IMG/VR virus record: IMGVR_UViG_3300036766_000194 | Span: 235,876-299,875 of that record | Length of the DNA: 64,000 bases | Reading direction: 5' to 3' (one strand) | Part shown: positions 36,275 through 46,284 of the stretch, piece by piece | How positions within the stretch are numbered: position 1 is the first letter of the stretch | Layout of the letters: the number at the start of each line of letters is the position of its first letter | Notes under the pieces: generated by a model | Databases searched by the model: none | The model's input: only the letters and a program-made list of their open reading frames with translations | Told to the model about the DNA's origin: nothing | Position numbers and translations under genes: made by a program

Positions 36275-39199
36275 CTAAAATTGAGGCAACGAGCGAAGCG
36301 GCAGCTGAGGCTGAAATAGGATAACCGTGGAAGATACAGCCTTTCCTACCACAACAATCCAATTAACCTGACCCACGAGATTGGAATAATTCTGAGTTAG
36401 CACTCCATTAGGTCCCGCGTAGACAATTCCACCTATTGTAAAATTCGCTCCTGAGATCACATACTCAGATCCATAATTTGTAACAACTTCGGCCATAAGT
36501 CCGGATATCACTGCTGTAGTAACCAATCCATCTACAAAAGGAATACTAGTTGCCGTAGCGGAGACAGGGTCAATAGGAACAACTTGTCCCGCAGAATTAA
36601 TCCTAACAGCCTGTCCTGAAACTAAGTTAGTTCCTGCTATAATTTTAGTGGTAGAACTACTTCCTGAAGGAGTAGCATCGGTGAAGGCTGGAGAGCTATA
36701 CGCCTCAGGAACTATGGAGGCCGATAATTCTGTTCCTACTATTAAATTCTGAACATCAGTCGTCTGGTTAGAAACGACCACTTGTAAGGTATCTCCTATC
36801 TTCAAAACTACAACAGCAGAAAAGTTTTGAGCAATGGGTCCTGTAGCTAAACTGGTGGTGGAACCCATAAATAGACTAGTTGTATTATTCAATAACAGAT
36901 TTACACTGCGAATCCCTGCTATCCCCGTACCCCATTGAATGGTGCCTGAGACCACATATGTTCCAGCCGTTTGAATTGTAAACAAAGTAGGAGAAGTTAC
37001 ATTGTGAGTTATGTCATAATCTATTTTTTGAAAATTTGCTAAGTAAGAACCACCACTAGGAATAGGAACAGGAGAGTCCACCAACACATGAAATCCCGCT
37101 GCTTCTAACCCGGTAGCTGCAGCTTGGGCCTGTTGTATTGTGTCCGCTATCGTGGCTTGTAAATCACTCTTTGTGCTGAGTAAAATACTATAACTAAGAT
37201 TCGTCCTCAACATAGCCGTCTGGACGGGGATAGGTAGAGCTTGAATATCGGGACGATTAATGAAATCGGCGGGGTTGAAAACATCTCCGTTCCAACCGTT
37301 ACTAATGGTGGGAGTGGAGTTGTTTTGATAAGTTACAATGGGAGCTTTGGGTATATTTAGGAGAGGAGTTCCTATCTCCCAATTTCTATTACGGGAAGCT
37401 GAGTCCGACTTAACCTGATTAAAAATAGCAGCATCAGCTAAAGGGTCTATAGCAGAATCCAAAGCCAGCACATAAGAAACCACTCTACTTACAAGATAAG
37501 AATCCTGTAATAATAGCTGCTGGAAATTGTAGTTGAATGTGCGCCAAAATTGGGTGAATCTGTCTACGGCGGTAGCCTGAGCAAATGGATCATAAATAAA
37601 CCTAAAACGAGTCAAATTGGTTTGATAATTAGGCGCTCCGAAAATGTTAACTGCCGCGAGTTCTACAACCTTGTTAAATACATTTAAAATAGCTTTTGGA
37701 ACAACGGCTGTGGTGGGGTACTGAGATGTTGAAGCCCCTAAGATAACTTCTTGAGTATCTAGAGGATCAAACACAAGAGGAACATAATCCGCATCTGTTC
37801 CTGTGAAACCAGCAGTAAAGGTAGCATCTGCTCCCGAGTCATAAGCCCTACTTCTTGTATATCCTAGCAATCCGCTTTCTATGTAAGAGAGTTTCCAGAG
37901 CATATTTTCACGATTTGTGGAAGAGGCACTCAGAAGCATTGAGATAAGCGGAACTTGTGGAGCGTTTACTACCCCTGTTCCTCCCAGAACGTTGTTATAG
38001 GGGACCGAGGTTGCCGTTAATGCTGTAATAGAAGGTTGTACAAGCTGATCGTAGGCAGTTTGAAGGCTGTTTATCCATTGACCCCCTCTTCCTACACGAG
38101 TGAAGTTTAGATAAAGCAACCAAGTAGCCGTTAACGTAGGATCAAAATTAGAAATTACTATCTTATCCAGATTCACAAAACGAATCAAATATTGTCTAAG
38201 AGTCAAAGAACGACTAAGGTCAGGAGTAGTGTTGTAATCGGGATCTCCTGGTACGATAACTATAGGAAGAAGACTAGGATTAAGTGAGATTATATTATCC
38301 CGATAAGTAGCAGGAGGAAGTTGGTAAGCGGATATAATGGTAGCCGGGTCAGGCAGACTTCCAATCATAGAAGAATTAGGATTGAATGTGAGAGGATCAT
38401 AAACAGGCTGTAGTGTAGTGGCCTGCATTGTTGCTATGTAAGTGGGAAAAGTGTACTGACTAGCATCCCCAATAATTCCTCCCAACGGTGGATTAAATAT
38501 GGCTGTTCCGTAGCTGAATTGATTACCAGGTACTTGAGAAGGATAATTACGAAATATATTCAAATTTGGGATGCGAATTTGACATTGTCCAAACGCAAAA
38601 TTCTTATCAAATGACAAATGAGGTTTAAAAGATCCTGTAGGAAAGAAATTAAATCCATTCCAATTCCAGATACTGTCACTGAATAGATTAGGAATAGCTG
38701 GGAGATCAGGCAACCCCCAGTTGCACACTTCTCCAATTAAATTTGCTAGAGCATTTATATTAGATTGTATCATTTGTAGCATATTTTGCTCTATGCTTTG
38801 CAACATTCCAATGTTTTTTATTATGGCTGCTTGGAGTTCACTTATACTCTGAACATACTTATGAACTTTTTGTATAAAGTGAATAGAATTAGCAGCATAC
38901 TTAAATGCTCTAGGTTTATCAGGAAATTGCCCATCCACAGCTAGGGTATTTAAATCCATATAAGTTAAGATGCTGTTTAAAATTTCTTCTTTTTTGGCCT
39001 TTATGGCAAAAGTAGCATCCGTTATGGATGACTCTAAGCGGCGACCCTGTTCTAACGCTTTGTGCCACTTCTTTTCAATAGAAGGGGGTCCGGCAATAGT
39101 TAAGCGTTTAGCCTTACCTTTTTGTTGAATAGGCCAGAGTTTGTTTATCTCTACAATAGCCTTATCAATGATGTTTGGGTCGTTAGGTCCGTTTGGCAT
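36275..39199 (-). CDS. large virion protein with C1q-like domain and C-terminal fibre/cement-like domain
   Basis: F..IDYD....TLFTIQTAGTYVVSGTIQW...L.IGDTL; C-terminal GQAV...GL......YAGPNG.LT...VGKA. Confidence 0.65.
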   Translation of the reverse strand: MPNGPNDPNIIDKAIVEINKLWPIQQKGKAKRLTIAGPPSIEKKWHKALEQGRRLESSITDATFAIKAKKEEILNSILTYMDLNTLAVDGQFPDKPRAFKYAANSIHFIQKVHKYVQSISELQAAIIKNIGMLQSIEQNMLQMIQSNINALANLIGEVCNWGLPDLPAIPNLFSDSIWNWNGFNFFPTGSFKPHLSFDKNFAFGQCQIRIPNLNIFRNYPSQVPGNQFSYGTAIFNPPLGGIIGDASQYTFPTYIATMQATTLQPVYDPLTFNPNSSMIGSLPDPATIISAYQLPPATYRDNIISLNPSLLPIVIVPGDPDYNTTPDLSRSLTLRQYLIRFVNLDKIVISNFDPTLTATWLLYLNFTRVGRGGQWINSLQTAYDQLVQPSITALTATSVPYNNVLGGTGVVNAPQVPLISMLLSASSTNRENMLWKLSYIESGLLGYTRSRAYDSGADATFTAGFTGTDADYVPLVFDPLDTQEVILGASTSQYPTTAVVPKAILNVFNKVVELAAVNIFGAPNYQTNLTRFRFIYDPFAQATAVDRFTQFWRTFNYNFQQLLLQDSYLVSRVVSYVLALDSAIDPLADAAIFNQVKSDSASRNRNWEIGTPLLNIPKAPIVTYQNNSTPTISNGWNGDVFNPADFINRPDIQALPIPVQTAMLRTNLSYSILLSTKSDLQATIADTIQQAQAAATGLEAAGFHVLVDSPVPIPSGGSYLANFQKIDYDITHNVTSPTLFTIQTAGTYVVSGTIQWGTGIAGIRSVNLLLNNTTSLFMGSTTSLATGPIAQNFSAVVVLKIGDTLQVVVSNQTTDVQNLIVGTELSASIVPEAYSSPAFTDATPSGSSSTTKIIAGTNLVSGQAVRINSAGQVVPIDPVSATATSIPFVDGLVTTAVISGLMAEVVTNYGSEYVISGANFTIGGIVYAGPNGVLTQNYSNLVGQVNWIVVVGKAVSSTVILFQPQLPLRSLPQF

Positions 39200-39534
39200 T
39201 AACCCTTTGTCCAGCCTTTATAGGGCTGCTCTCCATTTGCTGCTCCGCACATACGTGGATAATGAAATTTTCTTTCCCTACAAAATTGTTTAAGATTCAC
39301 AACAGTTATACGTTCATTCTGAGAACTCAATAGTGTATAAGTCTTTACAGCAGCTGAATGAGCCTGATCATCAGAAAGATGGGCTTTCCAACGAGTTAAA
39401 CAATCATAAGAACTACCTACATAGATCTTCTCATCTACCTGAGAAGTTATGATGTAAACTCCTTGTCTAATTTTCTTAAGTGTTCTCATCGGAAAAATAT
39501 AATCCCTCATTATGACAAATGTCAGTTGACTCAT
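39199..39534 (-). pseudogene. internally deleted GIY-YIG homing endonuclease
   Basis: GVYII...IYVGSS...RW..H joined directly to NLKQFCRE...YKGW; the catalytic Glu/Asn part of the domain is missing. Confidence 0.65.
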
Positions 39535-41785
39535 CTGTTATTCTAGCTAACCCTTTACGAATAAACTTTTGTGCTGTAGTAATGTTATCAGTTTTGGAAT
39601 CATGGCGAAAAGCGGCGTCTTCTAAAATAAAATCTCCAGTTATATTCCAATGTACGTTCCCCTTCACTGTCCAGTCAACGTCTCCATTAATTTCTAAACG
39701 AAGTCCCTTCTTCTGGTTGTTATGCCCGATGACCATCTCAACTCCACCATCAAGGGTGGCTGTTATAGAACGACCTTGAGTAGAATCTTTTCCAATCCAG
39801 GCTACAATTCCCCCAGCTAAATCCAAAAGTAATGACTGATTATTAACCTCATCAGCACCTATTCTTAGAAGAACATCTCTAACAGTATGAAAATCTATAG
39901 ACAACCCCTGTTGATCCATATTAGCTACAGGCATACCAGACCAATTATAAGGGAACATGTTAAGTTTTGGTTTACCTGCCTGAGTCAGATCATGAAAAGC
40001 ATAAGTTGAATCACCCGATCCATAGGTTGGACGGCCTGCTGTTTTAGAATCTTTACGACTAGGATCAGATATGGAATAAGGATGTTGCCCCTTAGCATCT
40101 TTGTAACCATTTACTAAATGACGACGTTTTGAGTTAGGATGACGGGCACCAAAACGAATAACGGCTCCTCCATCTAAAGCAGCCCGAAGAGAGATATTCT
40201 CGGCTCCCTTCTTATTCTCAAGATCTATAGCATCACCAGGAGACAGATTAGATTTTGACCAATATTGAAGAGAACGTGAAACCACCTTGTCAGACTGTCC
40301 ACGTTCTTGATAAAGAGTTTCATGACGGTCATTGGGAAGAGAAGTGTCATCCGAACCCAAGCGCATCACTGTTTGACCTAAAGCGGTGAGGTCAATGGAT
40401 TCTTCTTCGTCACGATTCTTACCCACCACGAGCTTTAGAGACCCCGTTAAATTTCCTTCTAAAGATCGCCCCGCTCCATGAGGATGCTCATAAGGAGTGC
40501 CCAGATTGAAAGGATTCTTTTCATAAGGAAGAGTGCTACCTATCTCAAAAGTAGAAAAACCTTCTTTGGTGATGTCAAAACGAGTGGTATTGTGTTCGGA
40601 AGGAAATTTAAATGAAAATGTGGAAGCTGCTACTTGCGCTTCAACTTTAAAAGGGTCATTTTGTACCGGAATATAGGAAGACTCTACGTCAGCACCAAAA
40701 CGTCCTAATCTTGTGTAGGGGAAAACCACAGGTTTTAGAACCAAACCATAGGTAGTCTGGTCAAATTGGTTGTGTCCTACGAGAGTACCTTCTGTCTTTT
40801 CGATAATCCAACCGCGACGACGAGGTGTGGTTCCTTCACCCGTAATAGGCCCAACTGCTTTTGTATCTCGGCTGTAAGGATGATCGGAATCTTGAGAAAC
40901 TAAAAAAGTTTCGTCATCTACATAGATTTTCCCATCGGCACTGAGATTAACTTTCGTTCTTTCTGCTGGAGGTCGAGTGGTTCCTAAGATAGTATCTAAC
41001 AACTTGTCTTGTAAGATTTCTTGGGGAACCGCATAATCTAAAGCAAATTCTTGAATCTTTTCTGTCTTTTCAGAGAAAGCAATTATGTCAGAAGTACCCA
41101 CTCCTTCTAAATAGCGGTGAGAAAGTATGGTATCAAAAAGATGAACTATGTATTGCTTAGAACCATCGGGGAGTATAGAAGGGTGTATACCTACCGCTCC
41201 AGGGCGATTGACAGGTCCAGAAAATTCTAAGCCAGCATCGGTGTAACGGACTTGACGAGAAGTGGTTTCTGTATGAGTACGGGAGTTTACATCTAGTTTA
41301 TCCCGGCTAAAATCCGAAGCTAGGTGATCCCACCCTTCATCTGTCTTCTGAGAATATCCCCCGGTGAGAACCGTGGTATGTTGACCAGGGTATGTTTTAC
41401 GATAAGTCCCGCGAGTGCGTTCTCTCCAGCCGGGAATACCTTCAATAGTTCTATGTGCGATAGCATCAATTCCATTTACAGTATTATCTACAAGGTAAGA
41501 TACAATGGCTACTTCGGCAAATCCGTTATTGTAAGCGATCTTTAAAGCCAAACAAGCTGCTCCCTCTTCGGGCATGTTAACATCAGTAGCGGTTACGGAT
41601 GAATAACTAGCTGGCAGGATTCTTACTTCAGAAAATACCATCTGATTTCTGTCATCCTGTATCGTACATACTTTCCGTTCATAGTCTACAGACAGAATAT
41701 GGGCCAGAAACGGTTGATATTTATCGTCTAAACGAGAAAAATCATCCGGGGCAGGAAGATAACCATGTGAGTTATCGTTTATCAT
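39476..41785 (-). CDS. baseplate spike (gp5/gpV-like)
   Basis: N-terminal OB-like A.I.SVDYER...MPE.GA.C; C-terminal LEINGDVDWTVKGNVHWNITGD beta-helix repeats. Confidence 0.65.
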   Translation of the reverse strand: MINDNSHGYLPAPDDFSRLDDKYQPFLAHILSVDYERKVCTIQDDRNQMVFSEVRILPASYSSVTATDVNMPEEGAACLALKIAYNNGFAEVAIVSYLVDNTVNGIDAIAHRTIEGIPGWRERTRGTYRKTYPGQHTTVLTGGYSQKTDEGWDHLASDFSRDKLDVNSRTHTETTSRQVRYTDAGLEFSGPVNRPGAVGIHPSILPDGSKQYIVHLFDTILSHRYLEGVGTSDIIAFSEKTEKIQEFALDYAVPQEILQDKLLDTILGTTRPPAERTKVNLSADGKIYVDDETFLVSQDSDHPYSRDTKAVGPITGEGTTPRRRGWIIEKTEGTLVGHNQFDQTTYGLVLKPVVFPYTRLGRFGADVESSYIPVQNDPFKVEAQVAASTFSFKFPSEHNTTRFDITKEGFSTFEIGSTLPYEKNPFNLGTPYEHPHGAGRSLEGNLTGSLKLVVGKNRDEEESIDLTALGQTVMRLGSDDTSLPNDRHETLYQERGQSDKVVSRSLQYWSKSNLSPGDAIDLENKKGAENISLRAALDGGAVIRFGARHPNSKRRHLVNGYKDAKGQHPYSISDPSRKDSKTAGRPTYGSGDSTYAFHDLTQAGKPKLNMFPYNWSGMPVANMDQQGLSIDFHTVRDVLLRIGADEVNNQSLLLDLAGGIVAWIGKDSTQGRSITATLDGGVEMVIGHNNQKKGLRLEINGDVDWTVKGNVHWNITGDFILEDAAFRHDSKTDNITTAQKFIRKGLARITDESTDICHNEGLYFSDENT

Positions 41786-44286
41786 TATAGAGATTCACCT
41801 GTTTCTGTAAGGGTCGGAATGTTTTTTAGTGCTAAGGCATCCTGTACAGATGTCTTAGAAGCGCTAGGAGACCCACTTAAAAATACGGATATTTTTGCCT
41901 TTTCAGAAGAATCAGTCTTTTGTATAAGTTGGGTATCTAACTTTTGAATATTGTCAGGTTGAGGTTTCTGGGTCAGTGAATTTTCGTAAGAAAGTTCTAT
42001 TATGGTTTTATTGTTAGGGCTTGCAGACCCACTCTTGATGCTATTCAAAGTGTTTGTGAGATCGGAAGCCGCTGTAGAACCTGAAGAACTAGGAGTTTCT
42101 AGACCCGCAAATAAGAAAACATCGGTACCTTTAATAATTTGAGAACTTTCATTATCTTCTGCCGAAGCGATTATGTACCCTTCTTGGGTAAATTCCCAGA
42201 GTGCTGTCTTTAAATCCGTGTATCGTCCCCAAGGAAAGGGAGCCACGACTTCATACCCTTTACCATCAGTAAACGGCAGGGTTCCAGGGTCTTGAAGAGC
42301 GTGGTAGTAACTAGAATCAACAATTCTAGGATTGGAAAACACCTTATCAGAGTCTTCCTGTATATTCCAATTAGACGTCTTGGTATCTGGGTGAGGTGAC
42401 ATATGAAGACCCAAAGCCGACTGCCTATAGTTTATGACTTTTATATCATCATCAGAAGTAGTATCTTTGGCATCTTTTGTTATTGAACTTGCCTGTCCTA
42501 TTAACGAACCATCAACATTTTGTACTCTACTAGTAGCTAGTGTAGTGTTGGGTGCTGCTTCTTTTGGGGTTAAAAAGGTAGTCCATTTATGTACTAGATT
42601 GGGTTGAGTGGTGTATACTATTCTCTCATTATTCGTTCCCTCTTTGTTTTCTGTACTACGAGGAAACATAGGACGTTTACGGAGAGTATCCATGGTAATT
42701 GTCATGGTAGCTTCTCCACCTATTTGATAGTTCAGAGAAATATTGTTGATGTAACCATACATGTCTTTATGAGGTATGAAACATGGAAATCCTAGTCTTA
42801 TCTCTGGGCGCATAGGAATAGTAACAGCGTAAGTCCTGTATCCCCTATTAGCACGAGTAAGATCCATAACTGCGTGAGCAAAAATTGCTTCGTGATCACT
42901 ATCTTGTAACCAGTGACGTTGTTGCATTGGAGATTCTCTAAGTCCAAATTGAGCTAATTTTGGTAAATCAACATACTCCGCAGAAGCCAACAGAGAACTA
43001 TTTGTATCTACTTGAAACTTTACACTAAGAGTTCCTTGCAGAACTACACGAGTCGCTCTTACCGCCGCTTGATCTTCTGTTTCATGTTCACTTCTAATTT
43101 CTGATAAATTTATGATAAAAGGGTTGTTGTGAGTGTTTATATCTGTGCTAGGAGTAGAAGCAAACTTTTTGGAAGCATTACTACTCTCACTTCCCAGATT
43201 AGTGACATCCAAATTATACATAGGTGGTTTTATTATAATCTGACCATCAATGTCCTGGTATCCTTCAAATAAAATTGTGCTAACTACAGAACGAAGACGA
43301 TCTAAACGATTAACGAAATTTCCGTTAACAAGTTGAATCGCAGCCACCGACATTTCTGGCGTGTATTTACGGATGGCATCATAGTTAACATTAGAAATAG
43401 AATCCGATTCAGTCTGCACTCCTTGACGCATGTTTCTTACAGCCTGAAGATTCCTAGCTTGAGTTCCTTTAAGTCCAGGTTTAGTCGTGGCGTTTATTGC
43501 TATTATGGTATCATTGACTTCTTTTTCTGTAAGCCCATATATATGAACGTCTTGACCCAAGCTCTGGGATATAGCTTGCCATCTTGCTATGTATCCCTCT
43601 TTTATGGCATCAAAATAGGGGCTATTGGTTTCTTGAGTGTATGTTCCTCCCGAACCTCCCGCTGTACTCGCTCCTGCTACGGTGTCTGTTTGAAATCCAT
43701 CAGTATAGATAGAAGTCAAGAACACTGCTGCTGCTTGTTGATAAGGATTTAGGTTAGAATGTGTTGTAGTTAATGGAGTAGTTGCCATTATTGAATTTGT
43801 TTGAATAGTAGGATGGAGTTCTATCTGCATCTTCTCTAAGAACTGTAAAACTCCCATACATTGTACAGAAATTTCTAGAGACTTTCCATCATCCTGATGA
43901 CTTATATGGGATACAAGACCTTTAAATACTCTACGATACAAAGTATTACCATTGTTGGCTAGGTAGTATCCCTTAGCATAAACCTGTACTTCCATCATAG
44001 ACTTAATTAGATTTGTTCCACCCGGCACTTGATACAGATATTTGAGATGGTTGGGGACTGAAATGGAAACAGTAGCTCCAGGAACCCAGTTATCTACAGC
44101 GTAAGAAGAATTGAACCCCGTAACATGGTCATTGAAGTTCACTAGAGATACTGGATCATTTTCTGAGGTAGCTAAGAAGGGATTTATTAGATAAGGAAGA
44201 CCGTTAAAATACACAACAATATCTGGGGATGTTTTAACAATCTCACGTTCTTGAGCAGACTGCGATACATTTCGTATCATTCCCAT
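41785..44286 (-). CDS. baseplate hub (gp27/gpD-like)
   Basis: YRRVFKGLV..I......SVQC, FEGYQDIDGQIIIKPP.YN, QFGLR, IPMRPEIRLGFP, YI..ISL.Y. Confidence 0.75.
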   Translation of the reverse strand: MGMIRNVSQSAQEREIVKTSPDIVVYFNGLPYLINPFLATSENDPVSLVNFNDHVTGFNSSYAVDNWVPGATVSISVPNHLKYLYQVPGGTNLIKSMMEVQVYAKGYYLANNGNTLYRRVFKGLVSHISHQDDGKSLEISVQCMGVLQFLEKMQIELHPTIQTNSIMATTPLTTTHSNLNPYQQAAAVFLTSIYTDGFQTDTVAGASTAGGSGGTYTQETNSPYFDAIKEGYIARWQAISQSLGQDVHIYGLTEKEVNDTIIAINATTKPGLKGTQARNLQAVRNMRQGVQTESDSISNVNYDAIRKYTPEMSVAAIQLVNGNFVNRLDRLRSVVSTILFEGYQDIDGQIIIKPPMYNLDVTNLGSESSNASKKFASTPSTDINTHNNPFIINLSEIRSEHETEDQAAVRATRVVLQGTLSVKFQVDTNSSLLASAEYVDLPKLAQFGLRESPMQQRHWLQDSDHEAIFAHAVMDLTRANRGYRTYAVTIPMRPEIRLGFPCFIPHKDMYGYINNISLNYQIGGEATMTITMDTLRKRPMFPRSTENKEGTNNERIVYTTQPNLVHKWTTFLTPKEAAPNTTLATSRVQNVDGSLIGQASSITKDAKDTTSDDDIKVINYRQSALGLHMSPHPDTKTSNWNIQEDSDKVFSNPRIVDSSYYHALQDPGTLPFTDGKGYEVVAPFPWGRYTDLKTALWEFTQEGYIIASAEDNESSQIIKGTDVFLFAGLETPSSSGSTAASDLTNTLNSIKSGSASPNNKTIIELSYENSLTQKPQPDNIQKLDTQLIQKTDSSEKAKISVFLSGSPSASKTSVQDALALKNIPTLTETGESL

Positions 44287-45344
44287 TACACACCCACCGA
44301 ACCACTTAGGATTGCTGCCGGAGCAGCTGAAGTAGATGTTCCAGAAGTCAAACTAGTATTGGATGTAGAACTCTGTTCACTAGCTACCGCAGGAGGGACA
44401 GGAACAAGAGAAACAGAAGGTGTTCTTGGAGTAAGTGGCAAGTTATCTGTGTTTGACAATTTAGCCGCTTCGGCAGCAGCTGCCGCAGGAGGGACAGGAA
44501 CAAGAGAAACAGAAGGTGTTCTTGGAGTAAGTGGCAAGTTATCTGTGTTTGACAATTTAGCCGCTTCGGCAGCAGCTGCCGCTAACCGACCGTACACACT
44601 GTAAGAATGCCCGCGTTGAACATTGTTTTCTATGTTGTTCCAGTAGGGAGACGTTTTACGGAAACGTTCTTTCCAAGCGGTAAACTCTATAGAAAATCTA
44701 GCAAGGAAGGGATTCTCTGCGTCCTGACTAACCTGTAAACTATCAAAGCAACCATACCAAATAAAATCCCCTACTGTTAACTCTACATCATTATGCATCT
44801 TTATACGACGCCGGGTAGCACTAGCTGCTAATGGACCTTCTCCTAATTCTTCTCCTTCAAACCAATAACCATTGTTTTCAAAAACTATCTGTAACTGAGC
44901 TAGATTGCGGTAAGATTTAGAATATTCAGCATATTGATCGGTCACTCCCCCTGAAAAATACTGCCCCGCTGTGGAACCATTCATAGAAATCCTAACTAAA
45001 TCTTCTCCCCACAAACCGAATTGCCAACCTCCACGAGTAAGAGTCTGAGAATCTAGAGTGGAATGAGATATGTTTACTGTCTTAGGATTTATAAGAAATC
45101 GGTAAACTAAAGGTTGTGTAGAATCTGCTTCTCCAGAAGTTGTTAATCCTCGGTTAAGAATCCGTATTGTGACATAGTCTACAACAGTGCCTACAGCTGC
45201 CTCTATGTTAAATCCAGAAGTGTCCTTTCCAGATATTGGAGAGGGAATAATTCTCTTTTCTCCTCGTATAGGAAGTGGTACCACAGAAGTATTAACTCCG
45301 GGATTCTTTACCTGTAAGTCACTTATGTTGTTCTGATCGCTCAT
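44286..45344 (-). CDS. tail tube initiator/baseplate protein
   Basis: FLINPK.V......QT.TRGGW....WG......MNGST...Y.G.F.SL...DAENPF...FS.EF. Confidence 0.65.
   Translation of the reverse strand: MSDQNNISDLQVKNPGVNTSVVPLPIRGEKRIIPSPISGKDTSGFNIEAAVGTVVDYVTIRILNRGLTTSGEADSTQPLVYRFLINPKTVNISHSTLDSQTLTRGGWQFGLWGEDLVRISMNGSTAGQYFSGGVTDQYAEYSKSYRNLAQLQIVFENNGYWFEGEELGEGPLAASATRRRIKMHNDVELTVGDFIWYGCFDSLQVSQDAENPFLARFSIEFTAWKERFRKTSPYWNNIENNVQRGHSYSVYGRLAAAAAEAAKLSNTDNLPLTPRTPSVSLVPVPPAAAAAEAAKLSNTDNLPLTPRTPSVSLVPVPPAVASEQSSTSNTSLTSGTSTSAAPAAILSGSVGV
44387..44582. repeat. perfect in-frame 96-bp tandem duplication
   Basis: Period 96, CCGC microhomology; duplicates AAAAAEAAKLSNTDNLPLTPRTPSVSLVPVPP. Confidence 0.95.
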
Positions 45345-45345
45345 G

Positions 45346-46284
45346 TTAACCCACTATCTGAGGATAGTAAAGCAGTGTTAAGGTACGTTCCACCTGAAAA
45401 ACAAAAGAAAATGTCCAACGAAAGGGGTTATCTGCATCCATGGACCAGGATAGTGATTTAAAAAATCCCAGGTAACTAGAAGAACGGAAGTTCATAACCA
45501 CATATCCTCTAGTGTAAACGTCATTATTTCTAGCCTTCATTTCATATGTGTTTATCCCCGATTTAGAAGAAAAAGTACTCTCATAGTTTGAACTAGCAGG
45601 TGTGGAAGCCTGATCCGGAGCAGTGTCGGTGACACCTGAAGGGTGATACCAAGTGACTCCGTTGTTCTTGAATAGAGATAAGAACTCCACAAACGCATCT
45701 TGAGCTGCTATGCGAAGATCGTCAGGACCAACACTTACTGCGTCGGTTTGAACCAGAACAGATGCTGGGGTACTAGAATTAGGATAGATAGCTGCTGCAA
45801 TAACTTCTTTTACACTATCATCAGCATTCGCTATGTTTAAGAAATTGGTTATTCCATACTGGTTCATGAACAAACCTGTGGAACATTCACCACTTAGCAT
45901 GTCAGCGTTCATACCCCAAAAAGTTAAGTGAACTCCTGTTCGGGAGGGGGCTTTGTTAACGATATGACTAGACTGTACGTGGTAAGACTTCATAGAAGCA
46001 TTTAATTTCACGCTTATTGGTTTATTGTTTTTATCGCTAAGTCTAGCTTGAGTATTTCTATCGGTTATAATCTCAAATGTAACAGGGTACCCCCTTATGT
46101 GAGAAGAAATTTTGTTGTTGTAACTATTTCTAACCCCAGTAATTCCCGATATTTCCTGGGGGTTATTGTACCAGGGAGTTTCATCAAGACCCGGTAACAC
46201 ATGAGTCACCGAGTTCAATTGCGATCCTTTATAAGGAATTACCGAATTATCAAGAACCTCTGGTGAATTTTTGTCTATCGGCAT
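45346..46284 (-). CDS. tail tube initiator/baseplate protein (paralogue of the downstream gene)
   Basis: SRTG.H..FWG......GECST...YLGFF.SL...DADNPFRW.FSF.F. Confidence 0.65.
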   Translation of the reverse strand: MPIDKNSPEVLDNSVIPYKGSQLNSVTHVLPGLDETPWYNNPQEISGITGVRNSYNNKISSHIRGYPVTFEIITDRNTQARLSDKNNKPISVKLNASMKSYHVQSSHIVNKAPSRTGVHLTFWGMNADMLSGECSTGLFMNQYGITNFLNIANADDSVKEVIAAAIYPNSSTPASVLVQTDAVSVGPDDLRIAAQDAFVEFLSLFKNNGVTWYHPSGVTDTAPDQASTPASSNYESTFSSKSGINTYEMKARNNDVYTRGYVVMNFRSSSYLGFFKSLSWSMDADNPFRWTFSFVFQVERTLTLLYYPQIVG

